Positions 45,805 to 54,488 are shown, counted from the first letter of the stretch. The stretch: 64,000 nt of DNA from an uncultured Oscillospiraceae bacterium (GCA_964369805.1 CAYJFM010000002.1:3376-67375), one strand, 5' to 3'. The notes: generated by a model from the sequence alone, not told the origin. Program-made: numbers and translations.

Positions 45805-45832
45805 TAAAAAAAGGCCTTAGCAGCCTTTTTTT
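45805..45832. terminator. Bidirectional terminator between patatin 3 (+) and rluB (-)
   Basis: AAAAAAAGGC-CTTAGCA-GCCTTTTTTT. It overlaps the last codons of rluB. Confidence 0.75.
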
Positions 45833-46524
45833 AACATCTCTATTTCTTCTCTCGTTAGCTTTCTATAATGTCCTTCTTTTAATCTTCCTAAAAGAATCCC
45901 CCCAATAGCTATCCTTTGCAGTTCAACAACTTTATTTCCAACAGCTTTGCACATTTTTCTAACCTGTCTATTCTTTCCCTCTGTTATTTCGATTTCAAGA
46001 ATAGCTTGGTTTCTTTTCTGCATAATAATATCAACTCTTGCCTTTGATGTTACATATCCGCCTATATCAACACCGTTTCTCAGCTTAAAAAGGCTATCCT
46101 TTGACACAGTACCGCTTACTAAAACTCTGTATTTCTTAGGAACCTTATTGGTTGGATGCATAACCTCATTGAACAAATCACCATCATTTGTCATCAGAAG
46201 TAGTCCTGATGTTTCATAATCTAGTCTGCCAATTGGGAAGATCCTAGTTGTAATATCTGTAGTAAGGTCCATTACAGTCGGCCTTCCTTGTTCATCAGAA
46301 ACAGTAGTTATATAACCCTTTGGTTTGTTCATAGCTATATAAATTTTCTTCTTCGTTGGTGTTATATCAATTCCATTAACATTTACTATGTCTCCATCTT
46401 GAACTTGATATCCCATCTCGTTTACTGTCTTCCCATTTATCTTTACGTTCCCGTTCTTTGTTAATTCATCTGCTTTTCTTCTGCTGCATACTCCAGATTC
46501 AGCAATATATTTATTAAGTCTCAT
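45817..46524 (-). CDS. rluB: 23S rRNA pseudouridine synthase, RluB/RsuA family
   Basis: 235 aa. N-terminal S4 domain MRLNKYIAESGVCSRRKADEL; catalytic GRLDYETSGLLL. Confidence 0.85.
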   Translation of the reverse strand: MRLNKYIAESGVCSRRKADELTKNGNVKINGKTVNEMGYQVQDGDIVNVNGIDITPTKKKIYIAMNKPKGYITTVSDEQGRPTVMDLTTDITTRIFPIGRLDYETSGLLLMTNDGDLFNEVMHPTNKVPKKYRVLVSGTVSKDSLFKLRNGVDIGGYVTSKARVDIIMQKRNQAILEIEITEGKNRQVRKMCKAVGNKVVELQRIAIGGILLGRLKEGHYRKLTREEIEMLKKGC

Positions 46525-46607
46525 TTTATTTCCTTTCCTTATTCACATAGTCAGTCTACCATATCTATCTAAAATGTGCTACAATTTACTAGAAGAAAGG
46601 ACTATTT

Positions 46608-47393
46608 ATGAATAATTTACTAGAAAAAAAAGTACTGACCTTAGCTGTAACAGCTGGTGAGTTGATGATGAAAAACGGCGCTGAAGTATACAGGGTTGAG
46701 GATACAGTTCATAGAATATGTAAGGCATGCAGAATGGATAACGTTGGTGTCTTTACAACTTTAACAGGTATCTTTGTTTCTGTATCTAGGGATGCCAACG
46801 ATTCACAAGCTTCAACGCTTATTAGAAGGGTTAAGTCAAACACCCTTGACTTAAATAAAATATCTGAACTTAATTCTTTCGCAAGAGAGTTTACTACTAC
46901 TGATTTATCAATCGACGAAGGTCTAGAAGTTTTAAAAACTATTGACAGGGAAAAATCTTATCCCCTTCCACTTAGAATACTAGGGGCAGGTTGTATTGCT
47001 GCTTTCTTTTCAATAATTGCAGGGGGCCTTCCTATGGATGGGATTCTCGCCTTCCTTGCTGGCAGTCTTACTTATTTATTGAATATTCTTATGGACAAAG
47101 CTGAAACCAACTACTTCCTCAACGGATTTTTTTGTACTGCTTTTTCTGCCATAACCTGTATGGCACTTGCTCACTTTTCTTTCATAGGAAATGCTAGCTC
47201 TGCTATTATTGGAATAATCATGTTGCTAGTACCTGGGTATGCTATTACAGCTTCTATGCGAGATTTCCTATCTGGAGATATGCTATCGGGACTTACTCGG
47301 CTAGCTGAAGCTCTAACTATTGCTGCTTCTCTAGCTACAGGAACCGCCTTAGGCCTTCAGATTTGGAGTTATATTATAGGAGGGCTCATTTAA
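46608..47393 (+). CDS. Threonine/serine exporter family protein (ThrE/DUF1212 half)
   Basis: 261 aa. N-terminal soluble region GAEVYRVEDTV followed by 5 TM helices. Confidence 0.8.
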   Translation: MNNLLEKKVLTLAVTAGELMMKNGAEVYRVEDTVHRICKACRMDNVGVFTTLTGIFVSVSRDANDSQASTLIRRVKSNTLDLNKISELNSFAREFTTTDLSIDEGLEVLKTIDREKSYPLPLRILGAGCIAAFFSIIAGGLPMDGILAFLAGSLTYLLNILMDKAETNYFLNGFFCTAFSAITCMALAHFSFIGNASSAIIGIIMLLVPGYAITASMRDFLSGDMLSGLTRLAEALTIAASLATGTALGLQIWSYIIGGLI

Positions 47394-47857
47394 TGATATC
47401 TAATATTATTTTATTTCCTATACTGGTTTTTTTTGTTGCTGCTGGCTTTTGCTTCCTTTTTCATAGTCCAAAGAAAGCTATTATACCATCTTGTTTAGTT
47501 TGCTCAATCAGCTATTTATGCTATATGTTGGCTGATAATGTTGTTGAAAGTAGCATAATTGCATCTTTTGTAGGAGCTCTAGTTCTAGGCTTCACCTGTG
47601 ACATATCTGCTAGAATTTTTAAAGAGGCTGCAATCGTATTTATTGCACCAGCCATGATTCCTTTTGTACCAGGAACAAAACTTTACTCAACAGTAGTAGC
47701 CCTATTAGACCAAAATTATATCGAAGCTGCATCACTTGGAAGCGAGACTATTTTTATTGCTGGCGCCTTGGCATTAGGCTTAGTTGTCTCTGGTTCAATA
47801 TCAAATATAATAATTCTAATCTATAGATCAATAAAAAAGCCTACTCGTAAAGAGTAA
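47393..47857 (+). CDS. Threonine/serine exporter family protein (DUF3815 half)
   Basis: The track gives 47363..47857. The ATG at 47393 overlaps the upstream stop (TAATG) and follows GGAGGG. Small 4-5 TM protein. Confidence 0.75.
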   Translation: MISNIILFPILVFFVAAGFCFLFHSPKKAIIPSCLVCSISYLCYMLADNVVESSIIASFVGALVLGFTCDISARIFKEAAIVFIAPAMIPFVPGTKLYSTVVALLDQNYIEAASLGSETIFIAGALALGLVVSGSISNIIILIYRSIKKPTRKE

Positions 47858-47867
47858 GCTTTTTTTA
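47833..47867. terminator. Bidirectional terminator between the thrE pair (+) and scpB (-)
   Basis: AAAAAGCCTACTC-GTAAA-GAGTAAGCTTTTT (one mismatch) with flanking A- and T-runs. Confidence 0.7.
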
Positions 47868-47880
47868 TATCTGCTATTTT

Positions 47881-48462
47881 TTATTCCTTCAAAAAGTCCC
47901 CAATTTCCATCTGCCCTGCTAACGCATCTTCATACTCAAAAATTTGTTCTATCTCTTCGATTGGTGGTAGCTCCTTTATTGAACTGTATCCAAAATATCT
48001 TAAGAAATCATCAGTTGTCCCAAAAAGAATTGGCCTTCCTATGCCCTCTGATCTTCCAACTTCTGCCACTAGTCCTTTTGCAGTAAGTCCTTCAATAACC
48101 CTATCACATTTTATTCCTCTAATAGCTTCGATTTCTCCTCTTGTCACCGGCTGCTTATATGCAATAATTGCAAGAACTTCCAAAGCAGACCGACTCAACC
48201 TTCTTTGCCTAACTGGTGTACAAAGTCTTTCGATATACTCTACATTATCTGCAAAGGTAACAAACTGAAAGGTTCTACTTATCTCTCTAATTCTAATACC
48301 CCTATCATTTTCCTCGTATTCTACCATAAGTTCTCTAAAATATTCTAAGGCTTCTTTAACATCTATATTTAGAACATCAGCCACATCCTTTGCCTCCAAA
48401 GGTTCCCCCCATACAAAAAGCATAGACTCAAGTGCCGATTTTATACTTCTCTCACCTGCCAT
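47881..48462 (-). CDS. scpB: Segregation and condensation protein B
   Basis: 193 aa. LESMLFVWGEPL start and winged-helix repeat with QPVTRGEIEAIRG. Confidence 0.92.
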   Translation of the reverse strand: MAGERSIKSALESMLFVWGEPLEAKDVADVLNIDVKEALEYFRELMVEYEENDRGIRIREISRTFQFVTFADNVEYIERLCTPVRQRRLSRSALEVLAIIAYKQPVTRGEIEAIRGIKCDRVIEGLTAKGLVAEVGRSEGIGRPILFGTTDDFLRYFGYSSIKELPPIEEIEQIFEYEDALAGQMEIGDFLKE

Positions 48463-49280
48463 TAATTCTCCCCTTCTACTTTAACTGTACTTGCAGTTTT
48501 TGCCTCAACAATTCTTTTATCCAGCTTTTTTGCCAGTTCCTTATATGATTCCGTGGCTCCTATTTCAATATCTCCAAATTGAATCTTCTGATCCGCCCAA
48601 ATAGTATCTTTCTTTACTAGTTCAAGCATTGATGAGAATGTTAAAGCCATATCAAAGCGATCATTTTCCCCTTTTACTAAGTCGAAAAAATCTACAGTTT
48701 TACTGCCATCAAGTAAAAACATCTCCTTAATGAACTCAATTTTTGCTTCACTAGTAATACGCATTTTCTCTTTTTGTTCATATCGCTTTTTAATATCAGT
48801 CTCTTTTTTCTTTTTCAAGATAAACTGATTGAAGGCTGACACAAACTGATCGATTTCTAATACTAAATATTCATCTGGCTCATTGGTGTATTCTGTTAAG
48901 TCCTCCTTCGGCTTAGTAAAAATACTCCTGCCATAAAGTTCTCTTTCCCCTAGCATTTCAGATAAATTTTTAAACTTTCTATATTCTAACAGCTTTTCTA
49001 CAAGCTCTGTTCTTGGATCTTCACTCTCAATTTCATTTCCACTGTCCGTGTATCTAGGAAGAAGCATTTTTGATTTTATCTCAAGAAGACTCGCAGCAAG
49101 TATCATAAATTCCGAGGCTACATCCACATTAGGTTCTGCCATTTCTTCTATGTAGTCAATATATTGATTTGTAATTTCACTAATTTTTATATCATAAATG
49201 CTCATTTTGGCATGTTCGATTAAATATACTAGTAAATCAAAAGGACCCTCAAATTGATGAAGTTTAACCTTATATGACAT
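48462..49280 (-). CDS. scpA: Segregation and condensation protein A
   Basis: 272 aa. FEGPFDLLVYLI signature. Its stop overlaps the scpB start. Confidence 0.92.
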   Translation of the reverse strand: MSYKVKLHQFEGPFDLLVYLIEHAKMSIYDIKISEITNQYIDYIEEMAEPNVDVASEFMILAASLLEIKSKMLLPRYTDSGNEIESEDPRTELVEKLLEYRKFKNLSEMLGERELYGRSIFTKPKEDLTEYTNEPDEYLVLEIDQFVSAFNQFILKKKKETDIKKRYEQKEKMRITSEAKIEFIKEMFLLDGSKTVDFFDLVKGENDRFDMALTFSSMLELVKKDTIWADQKIQFGDIEIGATESYKELAKKLDKRIVEAKTASTVKVEGEN

Positions 49281-49415
49281 CCACTGCCTCCTTACTCTTT
49301 TTGTCTAAAACTAACTACTACTGATTATAATTGATATAGGCACCTATTACAAGCTACCCTAAGTCTTCTATTCTTAGACTTGCAGATTCCATAGTTTCTG
49401 TAAGAACTGATTTAC

Positions 49416-50300
49416 CTAATCTTGCTCGTGATAGTTATAGTATAGAAGCCCAATAATTACCACAATTCCTCCAGTTATCTGCCAAACAGTAGGGATTTCT
49501 GCAAAAAGTAATAAGGCCATTAATGCCCCTACTACAATTTCTCCCGTATCTACTGCGGATACATACAGAGAGGGAACATATGCCATACTCCAGTTAAATA
49601 CTGCGTGAGCTCCTAGCTGGCAAACTAGCATCATTACTACCATCCAAAAATAAGATTCCGTACTATAACCTAAAACAGGAGTACTAGTAATAACCGTTGC
49701 CAAGGCAAAGCACAGGAAACACATTCCAAATACTATACATAAATATACAGCAGAAACAACCTTTTGCCTCACAACAGTTCCTATTGAAAAGTACACTCCA
49801 ATTCCAAGGCAAGATATAAAGGCCATCATATCGCCATACATTGAACCACCACCAGAGAAATTCCCTCCAACTACAATTACCCCACCTAAAATTGCAATTC
49901 CAATTCCAATTACTGCCTTAAGTGATACCCTTTGCTTCCACACAAAGTAAGTCATAAATACAACTACTAAGGGATTAAGTGATACCAAAACTAATGCACT
50001 TGCAATCTCCGTTTCTTTTATTGCAATAAACCATGTCAAAAAATGTGCAAATAGAAAAAATCCTGAAACAAGTGCTAAAATCAATTCCTTCTTCTTTATA
50101 GCAAAAAGTTCTGGCCTATATTTTACTAAAACCGGGATTATAAAAAAGGGTAAAGCTAACAGAAGCCTATAGAATCCGATGACCATTGATGGGGCATCAA
50201 TCATTCTCCCTATAATTCCAGACATACTTCCAGCAACCACACCACAAAGAACAACTACCTTTGCATTCCTTTGAAAAATATTTAAATGTTCATTTTCCAT
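49416..50300 (-). CDS. DMT-superfamily (EamA-type) transporter
   Basis: 294 aa, 10 predicted TM helices in two EamA halves. Confidence 0.8.
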   Translation of the reverse strand: MENEHLNIFQRNAKVVVLCGVVAGSMSGIIGRMIDAPSMVIGFYRLLLALPFFIIPVLVKYRPELFAIKKKELILALVSGFFLFAHFLTWFIAIKETEIASALVLVSLNPLVVVFMTYFVWKQRVSLKAVIGIGIAILGGVIVVGGNFSGGGSMYGDMMAFISCLGIGVYFSIGTVVRQKVVSAVYLCIVFGMCFLCFALATVITSTPVLGYSTESYFWMVVMMLVCQLGAHAVFNWSMAYVPSLYVSAVDTGEIVVGALMALLLFAEIPTVWQITGGIVVIIGLLYYNYHEQD

Positions 50301-50347
50301 TTTGCACCTCGAATCAAATTTGAATAAACTCCAAATGGCTAGCTATT

Positions 50348-51439
50348 TTATTTCTCCATTATTTTTCTAAAGCCTTCATCGAAAGGAGGCCTTATAATTC
50401 CCTTTTCTGTTACATATGCAGTAATATACTTATGATCAGTTACATCAAAAGCAGGGTTAAATTTTTTTACACCACTAGCCGTCATTGGCTCTTTATACCA
50501 CATTTCGCCAATTTCTGCCCCATCTCTCTCTTCTATTTCAATATCAGCTCCAGTCTTGGTTTCCATATCAATTGTACTAGTTGGAGCAAACATATAAAAT
50601 GGTATCCCAAACTCTTTGGCCATAATTGCAACTTGCATCGTTCCAATCTTATTAGCCCCATCTCCATTGGCAGCAGCCCTATCGCAGCCTACTACCACCG
50701 CTTGAATTTTCCCCTGTTTCATAACAGTTGCAGCCATATTGTCACAGATTAAGGTTACATCTACTCCTGCCTTATCTAATTCAAAAGCTGTCAGCCTTGC
50801 CCCTTGTAGCAACGGCCTTGTTTCATCAGCAAACACTTTAAAGTCATAACCCTTTTCTGCACCTAGATAAATCGGTGCTATACAGGTTCCATATTTTGCA
50901 GTAGCTAAGGTTCCTGCATTGCAGTGAGTAAGAATCCCCATTCCTGGTTCAAGCAAAGTTAGCCCATACTCTCCCATTTTGATTGAGGCCTCTATATCTT
51001 CCCTTTTTATGGCTTCCGCTTCTTTTTTTAATTCTTCAATAATATACTCTACTCTTTGCGAAGCTGTCTGCTCTATGCAAAGTCCTTCCTCTAAAGCTTC
51101 TGCTTTCCTTATCATTCTATCTGCTGCCCAGAATAAGTTGACAGCTGTAGGTCTTGCAGTCTTTAGGTACTCACCAGTTTCCTTAACTCTAGAAATAACA
51201 TCCTTAGGTGCTTCGAGAGTCCCCCCACCCCCTTCGGTAAGCAGGTCTATGTATATGCCAAATCCAGCACAAACACCAATGGCAGGTGCACCTCTAACTC
51301 TTAACTTTTTTATCGCTTCCCAAACATCTTCTCTATTTCTAAGCTCAATATACTCCTCCCTACCTGGAAGAAGTGTTTGATCTATAATGATAAGTTTATC
51401 ATTTTCTAATATTACAGGCTCTATTGCGTTAATTTTCAT
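50348..51439 (-). CDS. mtnA: S-methyl-5-thioribose-1-phosphate isomerase (eIF-2B alpha/beta/delta-like)
   Basis: 363 aa. LRVRGAPAIGV, CNAGTLAT and GCDRAAANGD motifs. Confidence 0.9.
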   Translation of the reverse strand: MKINAIEPVILENDKLIIIDQTLLPGREEYIELRNREDVWEAIKKLRVRGAPAIGVCAGFGIYIDLLTEGGGGTLEAPKDVISRVKETGEYLKTARPTAVNLFWAADRMIRKAEALEEGLCIEQTASQRVEYIIEELKKEAEAIKREDIEASIKMGEYGLTLLEPGMGILTHCNAGTLATAKYGTCIAPIYLGAEKGYDFKVFADETRPLLQGARLTAFELDKAGVDVTLICDNMAATVMKQGKIQAVVVGCDRAAANGDGANKIGTMQVAIMAKEFGIPFYMFAPTSTIDMETKTGADIEIEERDGAEIGEMWYKEPMTASGVKKFNPAFDVTDHKYITAYVTEKGIIRPPFDEGFRKIMEK

Positions 51440-51719
51440 TTTTATTTCCTTTGCAAATACTTTATATCACTAGTTTTGACACAGCTTATTATATACTTAT
51501 TTAGTCTACTTTCTCAGCACCTTTGAGTATACAGTATTTGGTATTAATACTCAAGATTATTAGGAAAGCAACTATAATGCGAATTCTTACAGCTATAGCC
51601 ATCCTTTAAAAGAAATACTATCACCCAATATACATATTTTCATTTTAAGTTCATTCACATTATTATATAATTTAATTTAACATTAAGCTACGTTCACATG
51701 GCAAAGGAGAGTTTGAATT

Positions 51720-51983
51720 ATGAAAGAAAAAAATATGGGTTATTCACCTGAAAAATTAATAGAAATATTGTCTGAAATGGAATCGTTAAAACAGCTTTCT
51801 CAAAATAGTTTTTCTTACAAAAGTGTTACTTTAACTGTTGAACCTTTACCCCCAGACGACTACAATACTCATGATAATATCCTTAAAATCAAAAGATCTT
51901 TACTTTTCATTGAAGGGAAGACTGAAGATGAAGAAGCGTTTTATATGAAATTTCTACTAAATAATTTGACAATGGGGGGGTAA
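51720..51983 (+). CDS. Hypothetical 87-aa protein ending in Gly-Gly
   Basis: AAGGAGA RBS 8-9 nt upstream of the ATG. No recognisable family. The C-terminus is ...NNLTMGG-stop. Confidence 0.5.
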   Translation: MKEKNMGYSPEKLIEILSEMESLKQLSQNSFSYKSVTLTVEPLPPDDYNTHDNILKIKRSLLFIEGKTEDEEAFYMKFLLNNLTMGG

Positions 51984-52073
51984 TACGTCTGTAACTAATT
52001 ATATGTAAAAGCGATATATTATTCACTATTTTGTCCAAATTGTCAAAACACTCAGTCATTAAGTGGAAACGTG

Positions 52074-52102
52074 TTGACAACTCATTTTTGCTGTAGTAGT
52101 AT
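52074..52102 (+). promoter_or_regulatory. Candidate promoter for the riboswitch-aor transcript
   Basis: TTGACA-N17-TAGTAT, placing the TSS just before the AAAATCCGAG element. Confidence 0.45.
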
Positions 52103-52110
52103 GATTTCAT

Positions 52111-52193
52111 AAAATCCGAGTTTAACTTGTATGGAGTTAAACCGATGGGCATCATCCGTAAATTTGAGGCCTCCCGTGTTTGGAAAGGGTTTA
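52111..52193 (+). promoter_or_regulatory. Candidate molybdenum/tungsten cofactor (Moco RNA motif) riboswitch
   Basis: AAAUCCGAG ... hairpin UUUAACU/AGUUAAA ... CGAUGGGCAUCAUCCG ... GAGGCCUCCCG ... UGGAAAGGGUUU. The conserved CCGAG, GCCUCCC and GGAAAGG blocks of the Moco motif, as I recall them, occur in the right order. The closing helix is AAAUCC/GGGUUU. It lies directly upstream of a W/Mo-pterin enzyme gene. Confidence 0.6.
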
Positions 52194-52292
52194 CTGGTTA
52201 ATTTAAAACCGAAACCTATCTTGTATATTTATATTTTAGCTCTGTTTAAGGTATTCGTGCGAGATATTTCCAAAATGAAGGAGGTAATTTTT

Positions 52293-54089
52293 ATGTCTAT
52301 TTCTTATCAAGGTAAACTTGCTAGAATTAATTTGTCTAGTGGTGAAGTTAAAATTGAAAAATTAAATTTAGAAGATGCAGTTAAATTTATTGGAGGAAGG
52401 GGCCTTGGTACAAAGATTTTATACGATGAAGGTGTTGCCAAAGTGGATCCATTATCAGAGAAAAATAAGTTGATTTATCTAACAGGACCAATTACTGGTA
52501 CCGCTGCACCTACTGCTGGTCGTTATATGGTAGTCACAAAGTCTCCTCTAACTGGTATGATAGCTTCTTCTAACTCTGGTGGAGTTTGGGGTGCCAAGTT
52601 AAAATATGCCGGGTGGGATGGTCTTATTATTGAAGGTAAGTCAAAAGAACCGGTTTATATAAATATTCATGATGATAATATTGAGATTCTTCCAGCTGAG
52701 GAGTATTTAGGTATGAAAAGTGAAGAGTTAGATGAAACTTTGAAAGAAAAATATCCTAAATCTTCAGTTCTATCAATTGGTCCTGCTGGTGAGAATGAGT
52801 CCCTATTAGCAGCTATTATGAATGACACAGATAGAGCTGCTGGTCGTGGAGGTGTCGGAGCAGTAATGGGTAGCAAAAGGCTAAAGGCAATTACAGTTAC
52901 TGCTACAGAAACCATAGTTAAGCCTTCAAACGTAGATAGTCTAAAAGACGTAAATAGAAATTGTCTTAAAATGCTTAAGGAAAACCCAGTTACTGGGACA
53001 GGCCTTCCAACCTATGGCACGGCAGTACTTGTAAACATAATAAATAATACCGGATCTTTCCCGACTAGAAACTGGCAAGAGTCTTATTTTGAAACTGCAG
53101 ATTCCACTTCTGGAGAAACTCTAGTAGATACTAACTTTGTTAAACAAGGTTATTGCCATAGATGTTCTATAGGTTGTGGACGTGTAATCGACATGAATGG
53201 AAAAGAAGTCGGAGGACCAGAGTATGAGCCTCTATGGGCATATGGCGGCAACTGTGGAGTAGATGACATTGTGGCTATAAGTGAGGCTAATTACTGGTGT
53301 AACGAATATGGCTTAGATGCTATATCTACCCCATGTACGATAGCTGCTGCTATGGAACTTTATCAGTTAGGGGCAATCACTGATGTGGACTGTGAAGGAG
53401 TGCCTCTCAAGTGGGGCAGTGCAGAGGCAATAGTGGAATGGACCAAGAAAATGGGAGAAGGAAAGTCTCAATTAGCAAAGCTAATGGCTGATGGAAGCTA
53501 TAGACTTTGTGAACACTATGGGCACCCTGAAGTTTCAATTAGCGTAAAAAAACAAGAACTCCCAGCTTATGATCCTAGGGGAATTCAAGGTATAGGTATA
53601 ACTTATGCAACAAGTAACAGAGGTGGCTGTCATGTAAGAGGATATCTGATATCTCCAGAAGTTCTTGGTTTACCAGAGCAGCTAGATCGTACAGCTACAG
53701 AAGGTAAAGCTCTTTGGTGTAAAATTTTCCAAGATTTAACTGCCGTAATAGATAGTATGGGAATGTGCCTCTTCTCCTCATTTGCATTAGGCGCTCCTCA
53801 ATATGCAGAAATTCTAAATGCAGCTACTGGCACAAATTATACAGTAGAAGAGCTCTTGGAAGTAGGAGAGCGAATCTATAATATTGAGCGTCTCTTCAAT
53901 AAAGAGGCTGGAATGCAAAAGGAAGATGATAAACTCCCTAAACGATTATTAGAAGAGCCTATTACAAACGGACCTTCTAAAGGAATGACAAGTCAGCTTT
54001 CAATAACTCTACCTGACTATTATCAGGTACGTGGCTGGGTAGATGCTTTCCCAACACAAGAAACCCTAGAAAGACTTAACCTTAATTAA
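52293..54089 (+). CDS. aor: Aldehyde:ferredoxin oxidoreductase (tungsto/molybdopterin AOR family)
   Basis: The track ORF starts at 52131, but AAGGAGG lies 7 nt before ATG 52293 (MSISYQGKLARINLSSGEV, the typical AOR N-terminus). GGRGLG motif; [4Fe-4S] motif CHRCSIGC. Confidence 0.93.
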   Translation: MSISYQGKLARINLSSGEVKIEKLNLEDAVKFIGGRGLGTKILYDEGVAKVDPLSEKNKLIYLTGPITGTAAPTAGRYMVVTKSPLTGMIASSNSGGVWGAKLKYAGWDGLIIEGKSKEPVYINIHDDNIEILPAEEYLGMKSEELDETLKEKYPKSSVLSIGPAGENESLLAAIMNDTDRAAGRGGVGAVMGSKRLKAITVTATETIVKPSNVDSLKDVNRNCLKMLKENPVTGTGLPTYGTAVLVNIINNTGSFPTRNWQESYFETADSTSGETLVDTNFVKQGYCHRCSIGCGRVIDMNGKEVGGPEYEPLWAYGGNCGVDDIVAISEANYWCNEYGLDAISTPCTIAAAMELYQLGAITDVDCEGVPLKWGSAEAIVEWTKKMGEGKSQLAKLMADGSYRLCEHYGHPEVSISVKKQELPAYDPRGIQGIGITYATSNRGGCHVRGYLISPEVLGLPEQLDRTATEGKALWCKIFQDLTAVIDSMGMCLFSSFALGAPQYAEILNAATGTNYTVEELLEVGERIYNIERLFNKEAGMQKEDDKLPKRLLEEPITNGPSKGMTSQLSITLPDYYQVRGWVDAFPTQETLERLNLN

Positions 54090-54105
54090 AGCAAGATAAA
54101 CTTAA

Positions 54106-54142
54106 TTTTAGATAATACAGCTAGTAGTTGTATTATCTAAAA
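54106..54142 (+). other. Perfect 14-bp AT-rich inverted repeat between aor and the moaD-like gene
   Basis: TTTTAGATAATACA-GCTAGTAGT-TGTATTATCTAAAA. No T-run follows. Confidence 0.7.
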
Positions 54143-54167
54143 TAGTTTAATATGAAAAGGAGCTTTC

Positions 54168-54389
54168 ATGATAGAAGTTAGATTATTTGCAACCCTACGC
54201 AAAGGGCGAGATAAAATTCTCATGTTAGATTCAAAAGAATATGCCACGGCCCTAGAAATTATTAACCACTTAGGTATAGAAAGGCAAGAAGTTGCTATCT
54301 GCCTAATTAATGGCTTTCATAGTAAGGTAGAAGATGAAGTAAAAGATGGTGATATTATTGCAATCTTTCCCCCAGTTGGTGGTGGTTAA
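54168..54389 (+). CDS. MoaD/ThiS-family ubiquitin-like sulfur-carrier protein
   Basis: 73 aa. MIEVRLFATLR start and the C-terminus ...IAIFPPVGGG-stop (diglycine end). Confidence 0.75.
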   Translation: MIEVRLFATLRKGRDKILMLDSKEYATALEIINHLGIERQEVAICLINGFHSKVEDEVKDGDIIAIFPPVGGG

Positions 54390-54454
54390 ACTGCTGAACA
54401 TACTTGCAGGAACACCCTATAATATAAAATGCAGCAGTGTACGCTATTGTGTAG

Positions 54455-54488
54455 CCCATAATTTGAAAAATCAAATTATGGGTTTTTT
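54455..54488 (+). terminator. Intrinsic terminator of the aor-moaD-like operon
   Basis: CCCATAATTTG-AAAAAT-CAAATTATGGG followed by TTTTTT. Confidence 0.85.

Noticed and set aside
49340-49415. Hairpin AAGTCT-N8-AGACTT downstream of the second EamA gene as a terminator
   Set aside because: The stem is only 6-7 bp and no U-run follows in the transcribed orientation, so there is not enough support to call it.
51440-51719. SAM (S-box) riboswitch or T-box upstream of mtnA
   Set aside because: I could find no GGAGGGA/CCCGATGA-type S-box core or T-box (GGTGGTACCGCG-like) sequence on the minus strand. Only an 8-bp TTGAGTAT/ATACTCAA hairpin without a U-run is present.
52131-52292. N-terminal 54-codon extension of the AOR ORF in the six-frame track
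   Set aside because: There is no RBS at 52131. The extension translates to non-AOR sequence and overlaps the riboswitch-like element. A perfect AAGGAGG-N7-ATG at 52293 gives the canonical AOR N-terminus.
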